From positions 1 through 51,695 of the forward strand of contig JBDRGF010000099.1 in the NCBI GenBank assembly GCA_043818055.1: a stretch of DNA of 51,695 bases, read 5' to 3'. The DNA comes from Pseudomonadota bacterium. GTDB taxonomy: Bacteria; UBA10199; 2-02-FULL-44-16; JBDRGF01. The translations under genes and the position numbers were made by a program. Numbering within the stretch: the stretch's first letter is position 1; every line of letters starts with the position of its first letter. The notes under the pieces are model-generated. The model had not been told where the DNA came from and did not search any database. It was given only the letters and a program-made list of their open reading frames with translations. Of the stretch, positions 31,107-41,922 are shown piece by piece.

Positions 31107-32129
31107 TTATTTCTTCAGCTCCTCATCGATGATCTCGGTGAATGATTCATATGGCATGGCTCCTGAGACGATGATGCCGTTTATAAAAAATGTCGGAGTT
31201 GCCGATACTCCAGCCTTTGAAGCGATCTCGAGGCTTTCCTCAATGAGGGCGTCGAATTTGTTGCTATCCAGACATTTGTCGAATTTCTCCGAATCGAGTT
31301 CCAGGCGCTTAGCATATTTTTTCAGATCATCTGCCGAGAGATTTCTTTGATTGTTGAAGAGCAGCTTGTTGTATTCAAAATATTTATCCTGCTCGCCGGC
31401 GCAATGTGCCGCCATATGAGCTTTTCTCGAGTCTGCGTGGAAAGAGAGAGGAAAATCCATGAAAGTGTATGTGACCTTTCCATCGTATTTATCGAGTATC
31501 TGATAAACTGTATCACGGACGCGTTTGCAGAAGGGACATTCATAATCAGAAAATTCGATGATCTTCACCTTCCCTGTACCTTTTGTAGGATGATTCTCTG
31601 TTGCGATATTGGCCCTTGGCGGTTCCAGCGCGATGGTCACAGCGTAGTCTTTCTTGAGCTTCTTTAAAAACTCCTCTTCCGCCTCTTTCTGTTTAGCCAT
31701 ACTGAGGTAGTTTTCAATTCTGTCTTTTATCTCCTCATATTTTTGAGCGCCCTCACTCTGACCTACCTTCAAGTCATAGAAGCTCTTCACCTCGGTCTCT
31801 GTGACAGGCAGCATTTTATCATAGACTTCAATTTTCAGCATCTCTTCCACTGTGGTTTTACGTTTCGCAGCCTCCAGCTCTATCAGTCGGGCATCTATGA
31901 GTTGATCCAATCCCCTTTTTCTTATGTTGAAGATCTCCGTCTTAGCTCGCACGAGGTCGTTGGCCACCTCTTTGTCGAGCTCAGAGAGGATTATCGGTGT
32001 TGTATCGATCTTGGCGACGATGGTATCCCCGTCGCTATCATCAAAGATAGTAACCGATGCGGTATTTTCCCTTTTGCAGGAAGTTAAGAGACAGATCAGA
32101 ATGATAAGTGCCAGTGAAATTTTTTTCAT
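31107..32129 (-). CDS. DsbA-like thioredoxin lipoprotein with SurA-like N-terminal region
   Basis: Lipobox LTSC, EFSDYECPFC, DFPLSFH, GVSATPTFFING. Confidence 0.88.
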   Translation of the reverse strand: MKKISLALIILICLLTSCKRENTASVTIFDDSDGDTIVAKIDTTPIILSELDKEVANDLVRAKTEIFNIRKRGLDQLIDARLIELEAAKRKTTVEEMLKIEVYDKMLPVTETEVKSFYDLKVGQSEGAQKYEEIKDRIENYLSMAKQKEAEEEFLKKLKKDYAVTIALEPPRANIATENHPTKGTGKVKIIEFSDYECPFCKRVRDTVYQILDKYDGKVTYTFMDFPLSFHADSRKAHMAAHCAGEQDKYFEYNKLLFNNQRNLSADDLKKYAKRLELDSEKFDKCLDSNKFDALIEESLEIASKAGVSATPTFFINGIIVSGAMPYESFTEIIDEELKK

Positions 32130-32325
32130 GGATAGCTCCCTTTTTGATTTCGCGAAACTATCACCAATATAAGCCAGCACACAAGAGAAAAAGGGCTTAA
32201 TCAGACTACAGTGAAAAGATTCAGAGAAATGAGCATATGAGTTTTCATAGGGGCGGTTCCGACTCAATTTCATTTTTAATCGATGCAACGTCAACTCCTC
32301 CTCAAATCCTTTCTCTGACAACAAG

Positions 32326-33222
32326 TTATCCTGCCTGAAAAGTATCTTCCGTTTCCTCCACGCCAGCGTCCTCTGACAACTCAGCTTCGTCTGAGCTTAT
32401 CCCCTTAGTTTCCGGAACTCTAACAACATCCACAATTATAACTGTAGCATTATCTTTTAAAATGGGTTTACCCGCTCGTTCTTTTTGAGGTGCATCTTTG
32501 ACTGCCTGAAGTATTTGTCCCGCAGCTTCCTTTGGTTTTTGTGTCGCCAGCAGGGATTCAATCCGTTTATCTTTTAAAATTTTGCTAACCCCATCTGTGC
32601 ACATGAAAAAACGATCGTTTATGTAAACCGGCATTATGGTGATATCCGCCCAAGCCCCATCTTTCATTCCGCCAAGCCATCTTCTTACAATGTTGCTCTC
32701 GGGATGGTCTTCAGCTCCCTCTTTTGAAAGCTTCTCTTCTCTCACCATATCATCCACTTTTGAATGTGAGCGGGTAATTTGTCTCAGAACGCCCTCGCTG
32801 TACCGATAACAGGGTGAATCACCGACATTGACACTGTAAACACTTGAACGCCTGAAAAGAAGAAATGACAGAGTTGTACCCATTTTCTTATAGGCTAATC
32901 TTTTCGCTTCTTCATTAAGCTCCTTGTTGACCACCCTGACAATCTTTTCCAGCAGTATCATATAATTATCCGCTTTGGGATTAACATCGCTATGCAAAAA
33001 GGTTGTATCTCCAATGGGTTTAAATAATAGATCTACCAGTTTAATCATCTCCCCTGTAACGTGTGAGGCAAAACGGCTTGCGAAATCTCCCCCCTCATAG
33101 CCGCCCATTCCATCTGCAATCAGGTATAAGTGCTCTTTAGAATCCGCATAAAAATAATCCTGATTTGTCTTTCTATCCATCTGCTCGGTTGCGCCATAAT
33201 GGCGAATGACTAGTTTATCCAT
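32326..33222 (-). CDS. PP2C-family Ser/Thr protein phosphatase
   Basis: NQD, IADGMGG, GTT, NVGDS, CTDGV, DNAT. Confidence 0.92.
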   Translation of the reverse strand: MDKLVIRHYGATEQMDRKTNQDYFYADSKEHLYLIADGMGGYEGGDFASRFASHVTGEMIKLVDLLFKPIGDTTFLHSDVNPKADNYMILLEKIVRVVNKELNEEAKRLAYKKMGTTLSFLLFRRSSVYSVNVGDSPCYRYSEGVLRQITRSHSKVDDMVREEKLSKEGAEDHPESNIVRRWLGGMKDGAWADITIMPVYINDRFFMCTDGVSKILKDKRIESLLATQKPKEAAGQILQAVKDAPQKERAGKPILKDNATVIIVDVVRVPETKGISSDEAELSEDAGVEETEDTFQAG

Positions 33223-33382
33223 GTTTTGCCCCCCTTGAGTTTATTTCAGCAACAGATACGGCTGTTTTTGAAATGCAAGATTACTACATTCAACAGAGGT
33301 AGCCAAGAGAAAACACATTTCTGATGACACCCCTCATCTCCTGGTGTAATATGACAGAAATCAATCAGAACCGGGGGGAACC

Positions 33383-34429
33383 ATGCCACAGAAAAAGAAA
33401 ACAACAGAAACGTCAAACAATACCGAAAACACTTTAAAGGACTACGAGCTGTTGCGTAAACTCACTGCTGATGAAGAACCCAGCTCATGGACGAGCTCTT
33501 ACTTAGCCAAAAATCCAAAAACTCACAGCAAAGTTATTCTATCCCGTTTAAATAAAGACCGGTATATCAACTACTATAGCCTTTCCAATTACACGGAAGA
33601 AACAAAAGACACTTACAAAGGAGAGTCGGAAAAAAAATATGATGAAAAGGTGAATCGTTTTGTTGAAATTTGCGAAAAAGTTCGTGAATTTCATCATCCG
33701 AATATCACACAGATTTTTGACGTTTTAAAAGATTTTGAGACAGGTGAACCGATCGTCGTTACCGATTCCGAGTACATTAAGGGCAGGCAGATTTATGAGG
33801 CTACCGGAGGTATGGATGTTTTGGATATGATGCCGATTTTTTTGAGTGAACTTGAAGCTGTGGAATTTATGCACCGTAAAGGCCTGCTGCACCTGAATAT
33901 AAAATCACGAAAGATTCGCGTCTATGAAGATGAAACATATGAAATAAAATTTACTGACTGCGGTTTTGCTGCCGACATGAAGGATGTTCCGGAGGATATC
34001 CTTGGCACACCTCTCTATTCGGCCCCTGAAGTGATTCTGATGGCAAAGGATAAAATCGGTGCACCATCCGATTTATATTCACTCGCAGTTTTGGCCTACG
34101 CCTGTATGTCCCGGGTATATCCTTTTAATCACCGCAAAGCGGCCAAGAGCATACCTGAATTGAAGGAAAGGATTTACCGGGAATCAACTCCGATACTTCC
34201 ATCTGAACAGAATCGCAACCTCATTGATGAACTGAGTGATACATCAAAACTTGGTAACGTGAAAGAGTTTGAAAAATTGATCGTACAGCAGTTAAATCCA
34301 AACCCAAACGAGCGACCGTTTAAAACTGCTCATGATTTTAAAGAAAAAATTATTGATCTGTTTCCAGAAGCAATAGAGATGAGACCGCTTGGGAACAGGA
34401 CATTGACACTCGGTTCAGCACCTAAATAG
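33383..34429 (+). CDS. Ser/Thr kinase-fold protein, probable pseudokinase
   Basis: HPNI, GTPLYSAPE and SDLYSL are present. The catalytic loop is HLNIKSRK, TDCG replaces DFG, and there is no Gly-rich loop. Confidence 0.82.
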   Translation: MPQKKKTTETSNNTENTLKDYELLRKLTADEEPSSWTSSYLAKNPKTHSKVILSRLNKDRYINYYSLSNYTEETKDTYKGESEKKYDEKVNRFVEICEKVREFHHPNITQIFDVLKDFETGEPIVVTDSEYIKGRQIYEATGGMDVLDMMPIFLSELEAVEFMHRKGLLHLNIKSRKIRVYEDETYEIKFTDCGFAADMKDVPEDILGTPLYSAPEVILMAKDKIGAPSDLYSLAVLAYACMSRVYPFNHRKAAKSIPELKERIYRESTPILPSEQNRNLIDELSDTSKLGNVKEFEKLIVQQLNPNPNERPFKTAHDFKEKIIDLFPEAIEMRPLGNRTLTLGSAPK

Positions 34430-34466
34430 GCTTGAGACATTGGGGGATATTCTCATTGTTAAGAAT

Positions 34467-37400
34467 ATGGATATTAACGACATCCTTCCAGGAACCGTTG
34501 TCAGCCGCAATCGAATAGAAGAGAAAATCGGCAGCGGCGGATCAGGTGTCGTTTATTTAGCCGCAGATTTAGAGTCAAAAAGAAAAATCGCCTTAAAATT
34601 CCTAAACAAAGAGATGTTGCGCGATATCTACAAGTCGCAGTTATCTTCAGACTTGTCTGCTGAGGAGGCGAAAGACAAACTCAATAAACAGTATAAGACA
34701 ATTACGAAGCGTTTCAAAAAGGAATATGAAAATCAGCTGCTCGGCATTCATCATCCCAACATAGCTTCGGTTTATGAGTTTGGATATTTTGAAGGATTTT
34801 TCTTTTTTACTACGGAATTCATCGAAGGGAAAAATATATTTTTAGCCGGAGTTAGGTTATCTCCGGATGAAAAAGTCTCTCTCTTTATTCAGATGTTTGA
34901 AGGTTTGCAGTTTATCCATGATAATGGCCTTCTGCATGGCGACATAAAACCGGAAAACGTCCTGGTGGAGAAGAGAAATGGCAAACAGGTTGTAAAAATA
35001 ATAGACTTTGGAATAGCCGCGGCTATATCGGACAGCAAAAGGATGATAGCAGGCACACCCATGTTCATGTCGCCTGAAGTAATCCTGTCGTGGGACGAAA
35101 AAAACGGGGTTTCCAGCGATCTATATTCAGCAGCAGTGCTAATGTATTATTGTCTTTTGACTGGAAGCTATCCATTTTTGGATCGACATGCGTGCAAAGG
35201 CAATTTGGAGAAACTCGCTGAAATCGTGGAAAAAGAATCTCCTCCTCAAGGTCTTGAGGAACAAAGCGATCGAATACCGCAATACCTGGACACAATCGTG
35301 ATGAGGCTCTTGAGCAAAAAACCCCAGGATCGTTTCTATGGAAGTGCACGGGCAGTGATTAACGCCCTTAAAACGCGCTCGCCCGATGATTTTAAAGATG
35401 ATCCCGAAATAAAATCTCCATATCTGATTCCTGATAAACATATCGCTCATGACGCTGAAATAAAAAATATCAGTGCTAATTTAGATCTGCTTGCGAAGGG
35501 CAAGCAGCCTTCACCAACATCAGTCTATTGTTTTTCGGGAGAGGAAAATCTGGGAAAAACACATCTGCTTCAGACTATAAAAAAACTTGCGGAAGAAAAA
35601 GCGGGGAAGATTTCCGTTCATTCTATGAAATTTCCGGTTGATGACGAATGGGCGGCTGCATGGATAAATCAACTTTCAAATGATCTGGATGAAAACAAGC
35701 TGCCACTTGTTATTCTGTTTGATGACTTGCACTTATTAGAGGGCTCGTCCAATTTCGCGCAGATTAAAAAAACGATTCTTGGATTAATCCGTACTATTGT
35801 TGAGCGTGAAATTCAGCCAGGGCTTTTCAAAAAGCAAAAACCGTTGTTTTTGTGTTTCACCACACATTCAGGCAAATTAACATCGAAAGAAAATATCGTA
35901 TCGATTATTACAGAAACAAAAAATCTTCCAATTCAGATTATAAATCTCAAGCCATTCACGGAAATCGATCTTAAAAACTATCTCAAATCTACAGTTGCAT
36001 TACGAGTTCAGGAAATCCCGCAAAGATGGATAAAATCACTTTTGCGTCAAACCGGAGGAGTACCGGGCGAAATCAATGAACATCTGATTCAACAGGACAG
36101 CGAAGGTCTGTTGTTTGATATCGATGGCAGTGTGCATCTCTTTGCAGCGCAGGCACCTGAAGCAGATGAAACGCACAAAGAAGTACCGAAATCGACGGAG
36201 ACTCGTCTTTTGAAATTGTACAACAGCCTTAGCCCCGACGAAAAGCGCGTGGTAAATTTTATCTCCACCTGGTACTATAAATGGTTGACTCCGGCTCTAA
36301 AACTCACAGACTTTAAAGAGCTATTTTCCACACCATCCTTAAATCAAACGCTTATTAACTTATGTAGAAAAAAAATATTGGTTCACTCCACCTCTGATGA
36401 GGAGCTCACGGAAACAGATACATTACCGCCACAGATATCAGATGAAAATTTAGACAAGGGGGATATTTATTCATTCGCTAATCCCTATTTGCCTGATTTG
36501 GTTTATAGTAAGTTAGATGAGAATAAAGGAGAAGAGTGGCATAGCACAATAGCTGCATATATATCCAAAAAATACAGTCATGATTCCCAATATCTAAACG
36601 CTATTCAATTGCATATCGGCTTGGGTTTTTCGACCAAAAAATCGATATCAAATATAATAAGGCTTTCAAGAACGCTTATTTTCAAAACGGTTCATGTTGA
36701 CTCTGCAATAGAACTTCTGGAAAACGCTTTGAAAAAAAATATTGCTAAAAATTTAATATCGGCAAATGAGGCTATTTATATTCATCTACTCCTGATACAC
36801 GCCCACCGATACGCGGGTGAATATAAAAAAGCTTTAACGATCTTTGATGAAACATTGAACTTTTTCGATGCTAAATACCAAACTACCTGGAAGCTCCGCT
36901 TCTATCTGGCTGCCTTACCTGCTTACATAGCGCTCCACAAATATGATGAAGCAAATCAGATTATAACGGAAGCTTATAAAACCGCATCTATCAACAAACA
37001 TCAAACTTACTATCTGCTGTTTCTTAATTGGGAAGGCCTTATTAATTTTTATCGCAAAGATGAAGGCAGAGAATATCTTGATAAAGCAAAGGCGATTTTT
37101 GAACAAAGTCTCGAATTGGAAAAAACACTTCCAAATGTCATTGTGAACCGAATAACGAATAACGAATTAGGCCAGGTATATCTGGCTCTGGGAGAGAAAG
37201 ATAAAGCCGCAAAAGAGATGCTGACGAAACTCACAAGATGCGAATCAACCGGAAACACAATATTAATAATGCTCGCGACACTCGCTTTGGCCGAAACCCT
37301 GAGAAATTGCCGCAAGTTTTCACGGGCTGTAACATATTGTCAAAAGGCCATTACATTGGCAAAGCGGACTAACCTCGGACACTGGCTGGTAAAAATTCAT

Positions 37401-37904
37401 CTGGTTTTATCTATGTGCTATCTTGACTGGCATAAATATAAAGAATCCATTGACCAGAGTCATCGATGCATTTCAGCAAGCGTCTGTCTGGATAATGAAA
37501 ATGAACACAGTGAAGTTCTAAAATACGCATGGACCAACATTGGAAATTGCTATAACGAAATGAAAAACTGGAACGAAGCCCCGAAATTTTTCGAAGCTGC
37601 AACTGATCTTGGAAAGGATGATTTTTTGCAAGCCAGAGCCAGGCTTGGAATGGCTGAATCCTTGTTGCACATGAATAAATTAGAGGAATCCCTGTCACAA
37701 ATTGATGAGGCAGATGCGATATTGGCTAAATTGCCGAACATCAGAGAAGATTTGAAATTTGTAAGCGGCTACTGGAGAATCAAAGTTCTAAAAAAACAAC
37801 AAAAATATGAGGAAGCAATATCTCTCCTCCCCTGCTTAAAAGAACTGGCGGGCAACAATTCATTATTTCTAAGAAAATACAAGGAAGTCGAAAAACGGGT
37901 TTAA
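34467..37904 (+). CDS. Ser/Thr kinase + P-loop NTPase (STAND/AAA-like) + TPR protein
   Basis: GSGGSG, ALK, HGDIKPEN, DFG, GTPMFMSPE; GEENLGKT, ILFDDLH, TGGVP; C-terminal TPR-like helices. Confidence 0.88.
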   Translation: MDINDILPGTVVSRNRIEEKIGSGGSGVVYLAADLESKRKIALKFLNKEMLRDIYKSQLSSDLSAEEAKDKLNKQYKTITKRFKKEYENQLLGIHHPNIASVYEFGYFEGFFFFTTEFIEGKNIFLAGVRLSPDEKVSLFIQMFEGLQFIHDNGLLHGDIKPENVLVEKRNGKQVVKIIDFGIAAAISDSKRMIAGTPMFMSPEVILSWDEKNGVSSDLYSAAVLMYYCLLTGSYPFLDRHACKGNLEKLAEIVEKESPPQGLEEQSDRIPQYLDTIVMRLLSKKPQDRFYGSARAVINALKTRSPDDFKDDPEIKSPYLIPDKHIAHDAEIKNISANLDLLAKGKQPSPTSVYCFSGEENLGKTHLLQTIKKLAEEKAGKISVHSMKFPVDDEWAAAWINQLSNDLDENKLPLVILFDDLHLLEGSSNFAQIKKTILGLIRTIVEREIQPGLFKKQKPLFLCFTTHSGKLTSKENIVSIITETKNLPIQIINLKPFTEIDLKNYLKSTVALRVQEIPQRWIKSLLRQTGGVPGEINEHLIQQDSEGLLFDIDGSVHLFAAQAPEADETHKEVPKSTETRLLKLYNSLSPDEKRVVNFISTWYYKWLTPALKLTDFKELFSTPSLNQTLINLCRKKILVHSTSDEELTETDTLPPQISDENLDKGDIYSFANPYLPDLVYSKLDENKGEEWHSTIAAYISKKYSHDSQYLNAIQLHIGLGFSTKKSISNIIRLSRTLIFKTVHVDSAIELLENALKKNIAKNLISANEAIYIHLLLIHAHRYAGEYKKALTIFDETLNFFDAKYQTTWKLRFYLAALPAYIALHKYDEANQIITEAYKTASINKHQTYYLLFLNWEGLINFYRKDEGREYLDKAKAIFEQSLELEKTLPNVIVNRITNNELGQVYLALGEKDKAAKEMLTKLTRCESTGNTILIMLATLALAETLRNCRKFSRAVTYCQKAITLAKRTNLGHWLVKIHLVLSMCYLDWHKYKESIDQSHRCISASVCLDNENEHSEVLKYAWTNIGNCYNEMKNWNEAPKFFEAATDLGKDDFLQARARLGMAESLLHMNKLEESLSQIDEADAILAKLPNIREDLKFVSGYWRIKVLKKQQKYEEAISLLPCLKELAGNNSLFLRKYKEVEKRV

Positions 37905-39325
37905 AACTTGCGAAGCTTCAATCTCAAACCAATCAAAATCATTATCGCTGACAATAGAGCACTAAGAAACAAAAGCTTCTCTTCCACAGGCGCATTTGAA
38001 GATTGAACTAACGAGCATGCTTTCATGGCGGCAACACCGGAACCGCCCGCTCCGGAGCCAAATCCTAAAACATCCTCTTTACCGCCTGCACCATCAATCG
38101 ATACCTGATCACCTGACCCCGCTTCCATTGCCTCTCCACCCTCAGTCGATATCGTCACAGGACCGGTGGATGTGAAGATGATTTCTTCACGAACCCAAAG
38201 GGCTGTGGTTGAACGCGTGGTGCCGGTGGGACCTGTGTATGTAGCCATAAGATATTTTCTCTGAAAACTTGGGTCGGAAATCGTAATAGCATCGCCACCT
38301 TTTATGAGTTCGTTGTTTTTAAGGTCATAGTGCACCCGAAATGCCGTCAGCTGATTTTGTTTTTGGTTGATATCGTCGCCGGCTTCATAGATTTCAACAT
38401 ATCTTATGGGATCATCTTTTGATAATGCAGTTTGTGGCAAAATAAACGTCGGTTTATCTTTGATGATTTGAGAATCAATCAACCCGATGTTTGAATTGGC
38501 ACCTTTTTCTAGCATATAAGTATCAGAGGCTTTTATTTTATCACCATTATCAGAGAGAGAAATCATCTTCGATATCGATAAATTCTTTACATCAGTATCA
38601 GCGTGGATGCCGATCTTGTTTTTCGTAACGCTGCTCTTTTCGACGAGGATGTTCTCGCCTGCAGCGTCAATGCCGATGTCGAAATTAGAAACCTTTACAT
38701 TCTTAATCGTCACATTGCTGCCATCTCTCATTGTTTTGATGCCAACGCTTGGATTATCTTTATCACCGGCTATTCCGGATAGATCAGAGTTCACTAACAA
38801 ACAGCCGCCATCATGACAATTCAATTGAAGAGAAGTCTTGCCGTTCGTTGTAACAATTTTATTCAAAATCAAAAAACCATCATAATCAATCACAAGGCCT
38901 GATTTTTCATTTTTAAATTCCAACCCTGAAATAATCATCGGAATGTTTATGTGATTCAAGTTTTTTAATTCGACAATGCTTTCAATTACCGCGTCCTCTC
39001 CCAGACCGTTATCCATCTGAAAACAGAGTTCATAATAGTTGCCACCAGCAACCAAATATCGTGAATAATTTTTAAAAGCGTTTATGATGCTCTGTTCATT
39101 TGTTACAAAAATTATTTTTTCTTTTTTCGGTTTAGCGCATATTGCGTTTAGATCGATTTCCACATTTGAATCTGGAATTTTGAATAAATTCTTTGATGGA
39201 AGTTGCGCGAAGATTGGTGGCGAAATATGGATATTTGGATTATCAAATGTTGCTACATCTGCGGTAAAGGATGTATTCGTCCAAAAAACCGTACAGAAAA
39301 AAATTATTATTGCTATCTTTTTCAT
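37901..39325 (-). CDS. Secreted beta-helix-like surface protein with a Cys-containing C-terminal sorting tail (MYXO-CTERM/GC_trans_RRR-like)
   Basis: Signal peptide MKKIAIII; parallel beta-helix-like repeats; Gly-rich linker, ACSLV, a TM helix, then RLKLRKF. Confidence 0.72.
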   Translation of the reverse strand: MKKIAIIIFFCTVFWTNTSFTADVATFDNPNIHISPPIFAQLPSKNLFKIPDSNVEIDLNAICAKPKKEKIIFVTNEQSIINAFKNYSRYLVAGGNYYELCFQMDNGLGEDAVIESIVELKNLNHINIPMIISGLEFKNEKSGLVIDYDGFLILNKIVTTNGKTSLQLNCHDGGCLLVNSDLSGIAGDKDNPSVGIKTMRDGSNVTIKNVKVSNFDIGIDAAGENILVEKSSVTKNKIGIHADTDVKNLSISKMISLSDNGDKIKASDTYMLEKGANSNIGLIDSQIIKDKPTFILPQTALSKDDPIRYVEIYEAGDDINQKQNQLTAFRVHYDLKNNELIKGGDAITISDPSFQRKYLMATYTGPTGTTRSTTALWVREEIIFTSTGPVTISTEGGEAMEAGSGDQVSIDGAGGKEDVLGFGSGAGGSGVAAMKACSLVQSSNAPVEEKLLFLSALLSAIMILIGLRLKLRKF

Positions 39326-39344
39326 AAGCCCCCAGCACCTCTTA

Positions 39345-39360
39345 TGCATTTTCTAGGCCA
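39345..39360 (-). promoter_or_regulatory. Putative sigma54 promoter for the surface protein gene
   Basis: Minus strand TGGCCTAGAAAATGCA, GG-N10-GC. Confidence 0.55.
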
Positions 39361-39708
39361 TGTTTGATGTGATGAGCATATCATAATATTGTTTATATTT
39401 CAAGATGTTAGATGTTGAGGCCGATGCAGATCAGGTGAGAAATGACCCGTTTTGTACGAACACCGTCAATTTTTTGAAAAATCCCAGTCCGGAAAACAGG
39501 ACATTCAGTTCAGATTTTTGGACAGAAAATAGAACATCACATGTATCGGATGTGGTCTTTGAATATAGCTGGTCTCCTCGTAATTTGATTTTCAAAAATT
39601 CAACTGAATTATTGCATCAGTACCAAAATCCGGACTCAAATATCGACAAAAATTTCATCTCAAAAAATAAAAGCCGTTCAAACCCCCTTTATAACAAAAT
39701 CTTACTTT

Positions 39709-39724
39709 TGGCATAAGAATTGCT
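39709..39724 (+). promoter_or_regulatory. Sigma54 (-24/-12) promoter upstream of the radical SAM operon
   Basis: TGGCATAAGAATTGCT closely matches the TGGCAC-N5-TTGC consensus. Confidence 0.72.
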
Positions 39725-39871
39725 TTATATCAGGGCAAAAGTTACATGATAAGAAGTTAAAGGATATTGGAATATTGTTGAATAGTTGATTGACAGGAAA
39801 ATCTGATTACATAAGGCCTTTAGCTTGACAAGGCTGCAACCTGCATATATACAGCGCTCAGGGGGGGCAAA

Positions 39872-41908
39872 GTGGGTGCTTTAAAAGATGATTTTCAAAA
39901 TGGAATAATAGCGGGTGATAAATTCGCTAACAGTTCACTCTTCTGCACCGATGATCTCCCTTTCTCAAATCAAAAAAATTCTATCCACACGGTTCATAAA
40001 AATAAGTCCATCAACACGGGAACAAACTCGAAAAAAATCTTACTTGTAAATCCTCCGTTGCCAAGTGAAAGCTGTTATCCACCCTTAGGTTTGTTGAGTA
40101 TTGCATCGATACCTTTTTCTTCCAAAGTTGATATCATGATTAAAGATTATAATCTTGTTTATCACAAAAACAAAAAGTATCAGAAAGTGTTCAACATTGC
40201 CATTAAAGACCTAATGACGTGTGAATACGATCTGATTGGGATCACAGCAAATTGCAATACATTGCCATTTGTCTTCGCTCTATGTGAAGCACTACAACAT
40301 CAGAAGTTAAAAATCATTTTAGGAGGCCCGGGTGTCACTTTTTTAGATAAAGAGCTTTTAGATAGATTGCCTAATGTTCTGGCAATTTGCAGAAACGAAG
40401 GCGAGCAAACGTTTCAGGCGTTTGTTAATAATAATTTTGTATGCTCTAATCAAATACCAAATATAAGCTATTTTGATGAATCAGGAAAATTCATTCGCAC
40501 AAATAGTTTTTTTATTGAGAATCTTGATACATTGTCATTTCCATTTACTGATATTGAAATTGATTTTAATGATTATCCTCTGAATCACCTCTATACGAAG
40601 GAAAAATTCGCCTTGATAGAAGCCGGAAGGGGTTGTCCTTATGACTGTTCATTTTGCACTACGAATAAGATGTGGGGCAGAAGGTATCGAGTGAAATCCC
40701 CTTTAAGAATAAAAAAAGAAATAATGCACTACCTGAATAAGGGATATCGAACAGTTAGTTTTGTTCACGACAATTTGGCTTGTTCAAAAAGTTTTATGGA
40801 AGAACTCTGTGGTTTAATATCAGATTTGGGCATTGCTTGGTCATGCAGTGTTTCGTTGAACAATTTTGATAAAAAATTGATGATTTCAATGAAAGAGGCG
40901 GGATGTAGAGGTGTTTTTCTTGGCATTGAATCAGGTTCCAAAAGAATTAAGGAAAAAATGCCTCACAAGCATGTCCGCGATGAAAAAAATAGGATTGAAA
41001 GTGCAATTAAGTGTTTCGACTTCGTCACTTTATCATTTATTGCTGGTTTTCCAGACGAAGATGAAGAATCATACATGGAGACTATAGCGATAGCTCACAA
41101 GTACAGGTTGAAAGGAGTCAACGATGTTCTCATACAACAATATTGTATCTTGCCTGGTAGTCGTGATCATACCGATCAATCATTTGTTGATACGGTAGTG
41201 ACGAAAGGACGACTACTCAAAAATGATAAATTTTTATATGAATGCATTGAAAGCTTTGAAAAACATATCCAAGAAAATAAAATAATCTTTATTAATTTTT
41301 TTGATTCAACCCCACTAAATTTACAGGCCTATAATTTATCTTCGATTACTACTATGTATAATATTTTAATAAATGTGTTCCCCAATATTTTGTTGTTATT
41401 GCTCAAACATGAAATCTTAGAGCTGAGTTCTGTGTCTAATGAGTTTGTGAACTATATCTTGAGATATTGTTCGTCATCTATCACATATGATAATGTTGGG
41501 AAAAAGATTCAGAACTATCTGTTCAAAGTGCTTAGAATTGATAACAGACGTCTCATTGAGGTGTTAAAGGAAATATATCAATGCGAAATCAATATCAAGA
41601 AGCTGTTATCCTCAGACAAAGGCAAATTTATTCGTCAGTCAGAAAAAATTATTATTCAAAATTCTTTCCCATACAAACATGTTACCGATACCGCATCAAC
41701 TTTAGTGCCTTGTCCTGGATATTATATTTACGTTCTTAGAGAAAAAGAAATCGAAGTTTTGAGAGTAAATCGGTCGGCCTATCTTGTTTATAATTTTCTT
41801 AAAAAGGACAGAGAACGAAAACAAATTTTATATTTTATGAAAAAAAACAATATTCCTGAATTTTATTTAGACAAGTTTATCAGTAATAAAATAGCAATTG
41901 AAAACTAA
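39872..41908 (+). CDS. Cobalamin-dependent radical SAM enzyme with a possible C-terminal RRE/PqqD-like domain
   Basis: ILLVNPP..YPPLGLLSIAS, IILGGP, EGE, GRGCPYDCSFC, GIESGS, FIAGFP. Confidence 0.9.
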   Translation: MGALKDDFQNGIIAGDKFANSSLFCTDDLPFSNQKNSIHTVHKNKSINTGTNSKKILLVNPPLPSESCYPPLGLLSIASIPFSSKVDIMIKDYNLVYHKNKKYQKVFNIAIKDLMTCEYDLIGITANCNTLPFVFALCEALQHQKLKIILGGPGVTFLDKELLDRLPNVLAICRNEGEQTFQAFVNNNFVCSNQIPNISYFDESGKFIRTNSFFIENLDTLSFPFTDIEIDFNDYPLNHLYTKEKFALIEAGRGCPYDCSFCTTNKMWGRRYRVKSPLRIKKEIMHYLNKGYRTVSFVHDNLACSKSFMEELCGLISDLGIAWSCSVSLNNFDKKLMISMKEAGCRGVFLGIESGSKRIKEKMPHKHVRDEKNRIESAIKCFDFVTLSFIAGFPDEDEESYMETIAIAHKYRLKGVNDVLIQQYCILPGSRDHTDQSFVDTVVTKGRLLKNDKFLYECIESFEKHIQENKIIFINFFDSTPLNLQAYNLSSITTMYNILINVFPNILLLLLKHEILELSSVSNEFVNYILRYCSSSITYDNVGKKIQNYLFKVLRIDNRRLIEVLKEIYQCEINIKKLLSSDKGKFIRQSEKIIIQNSFPYKHVTDTASTLVPCPGYYIYVLREKEIEVLRVNRSAYLVYNFLKKDRERKQILYFMKKNNIPEFYLDKFISNKIAIEN

Positions 41909-41922
41909 AACAGGAGGATGAC

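Noticed and set aside
39405..39716. 103-aa ORF as a second precursor peptide
   Set aside because: It has no RBS and overlies the promoter/enhancer region, ending inside the sigma54 motif. Probably spurious.
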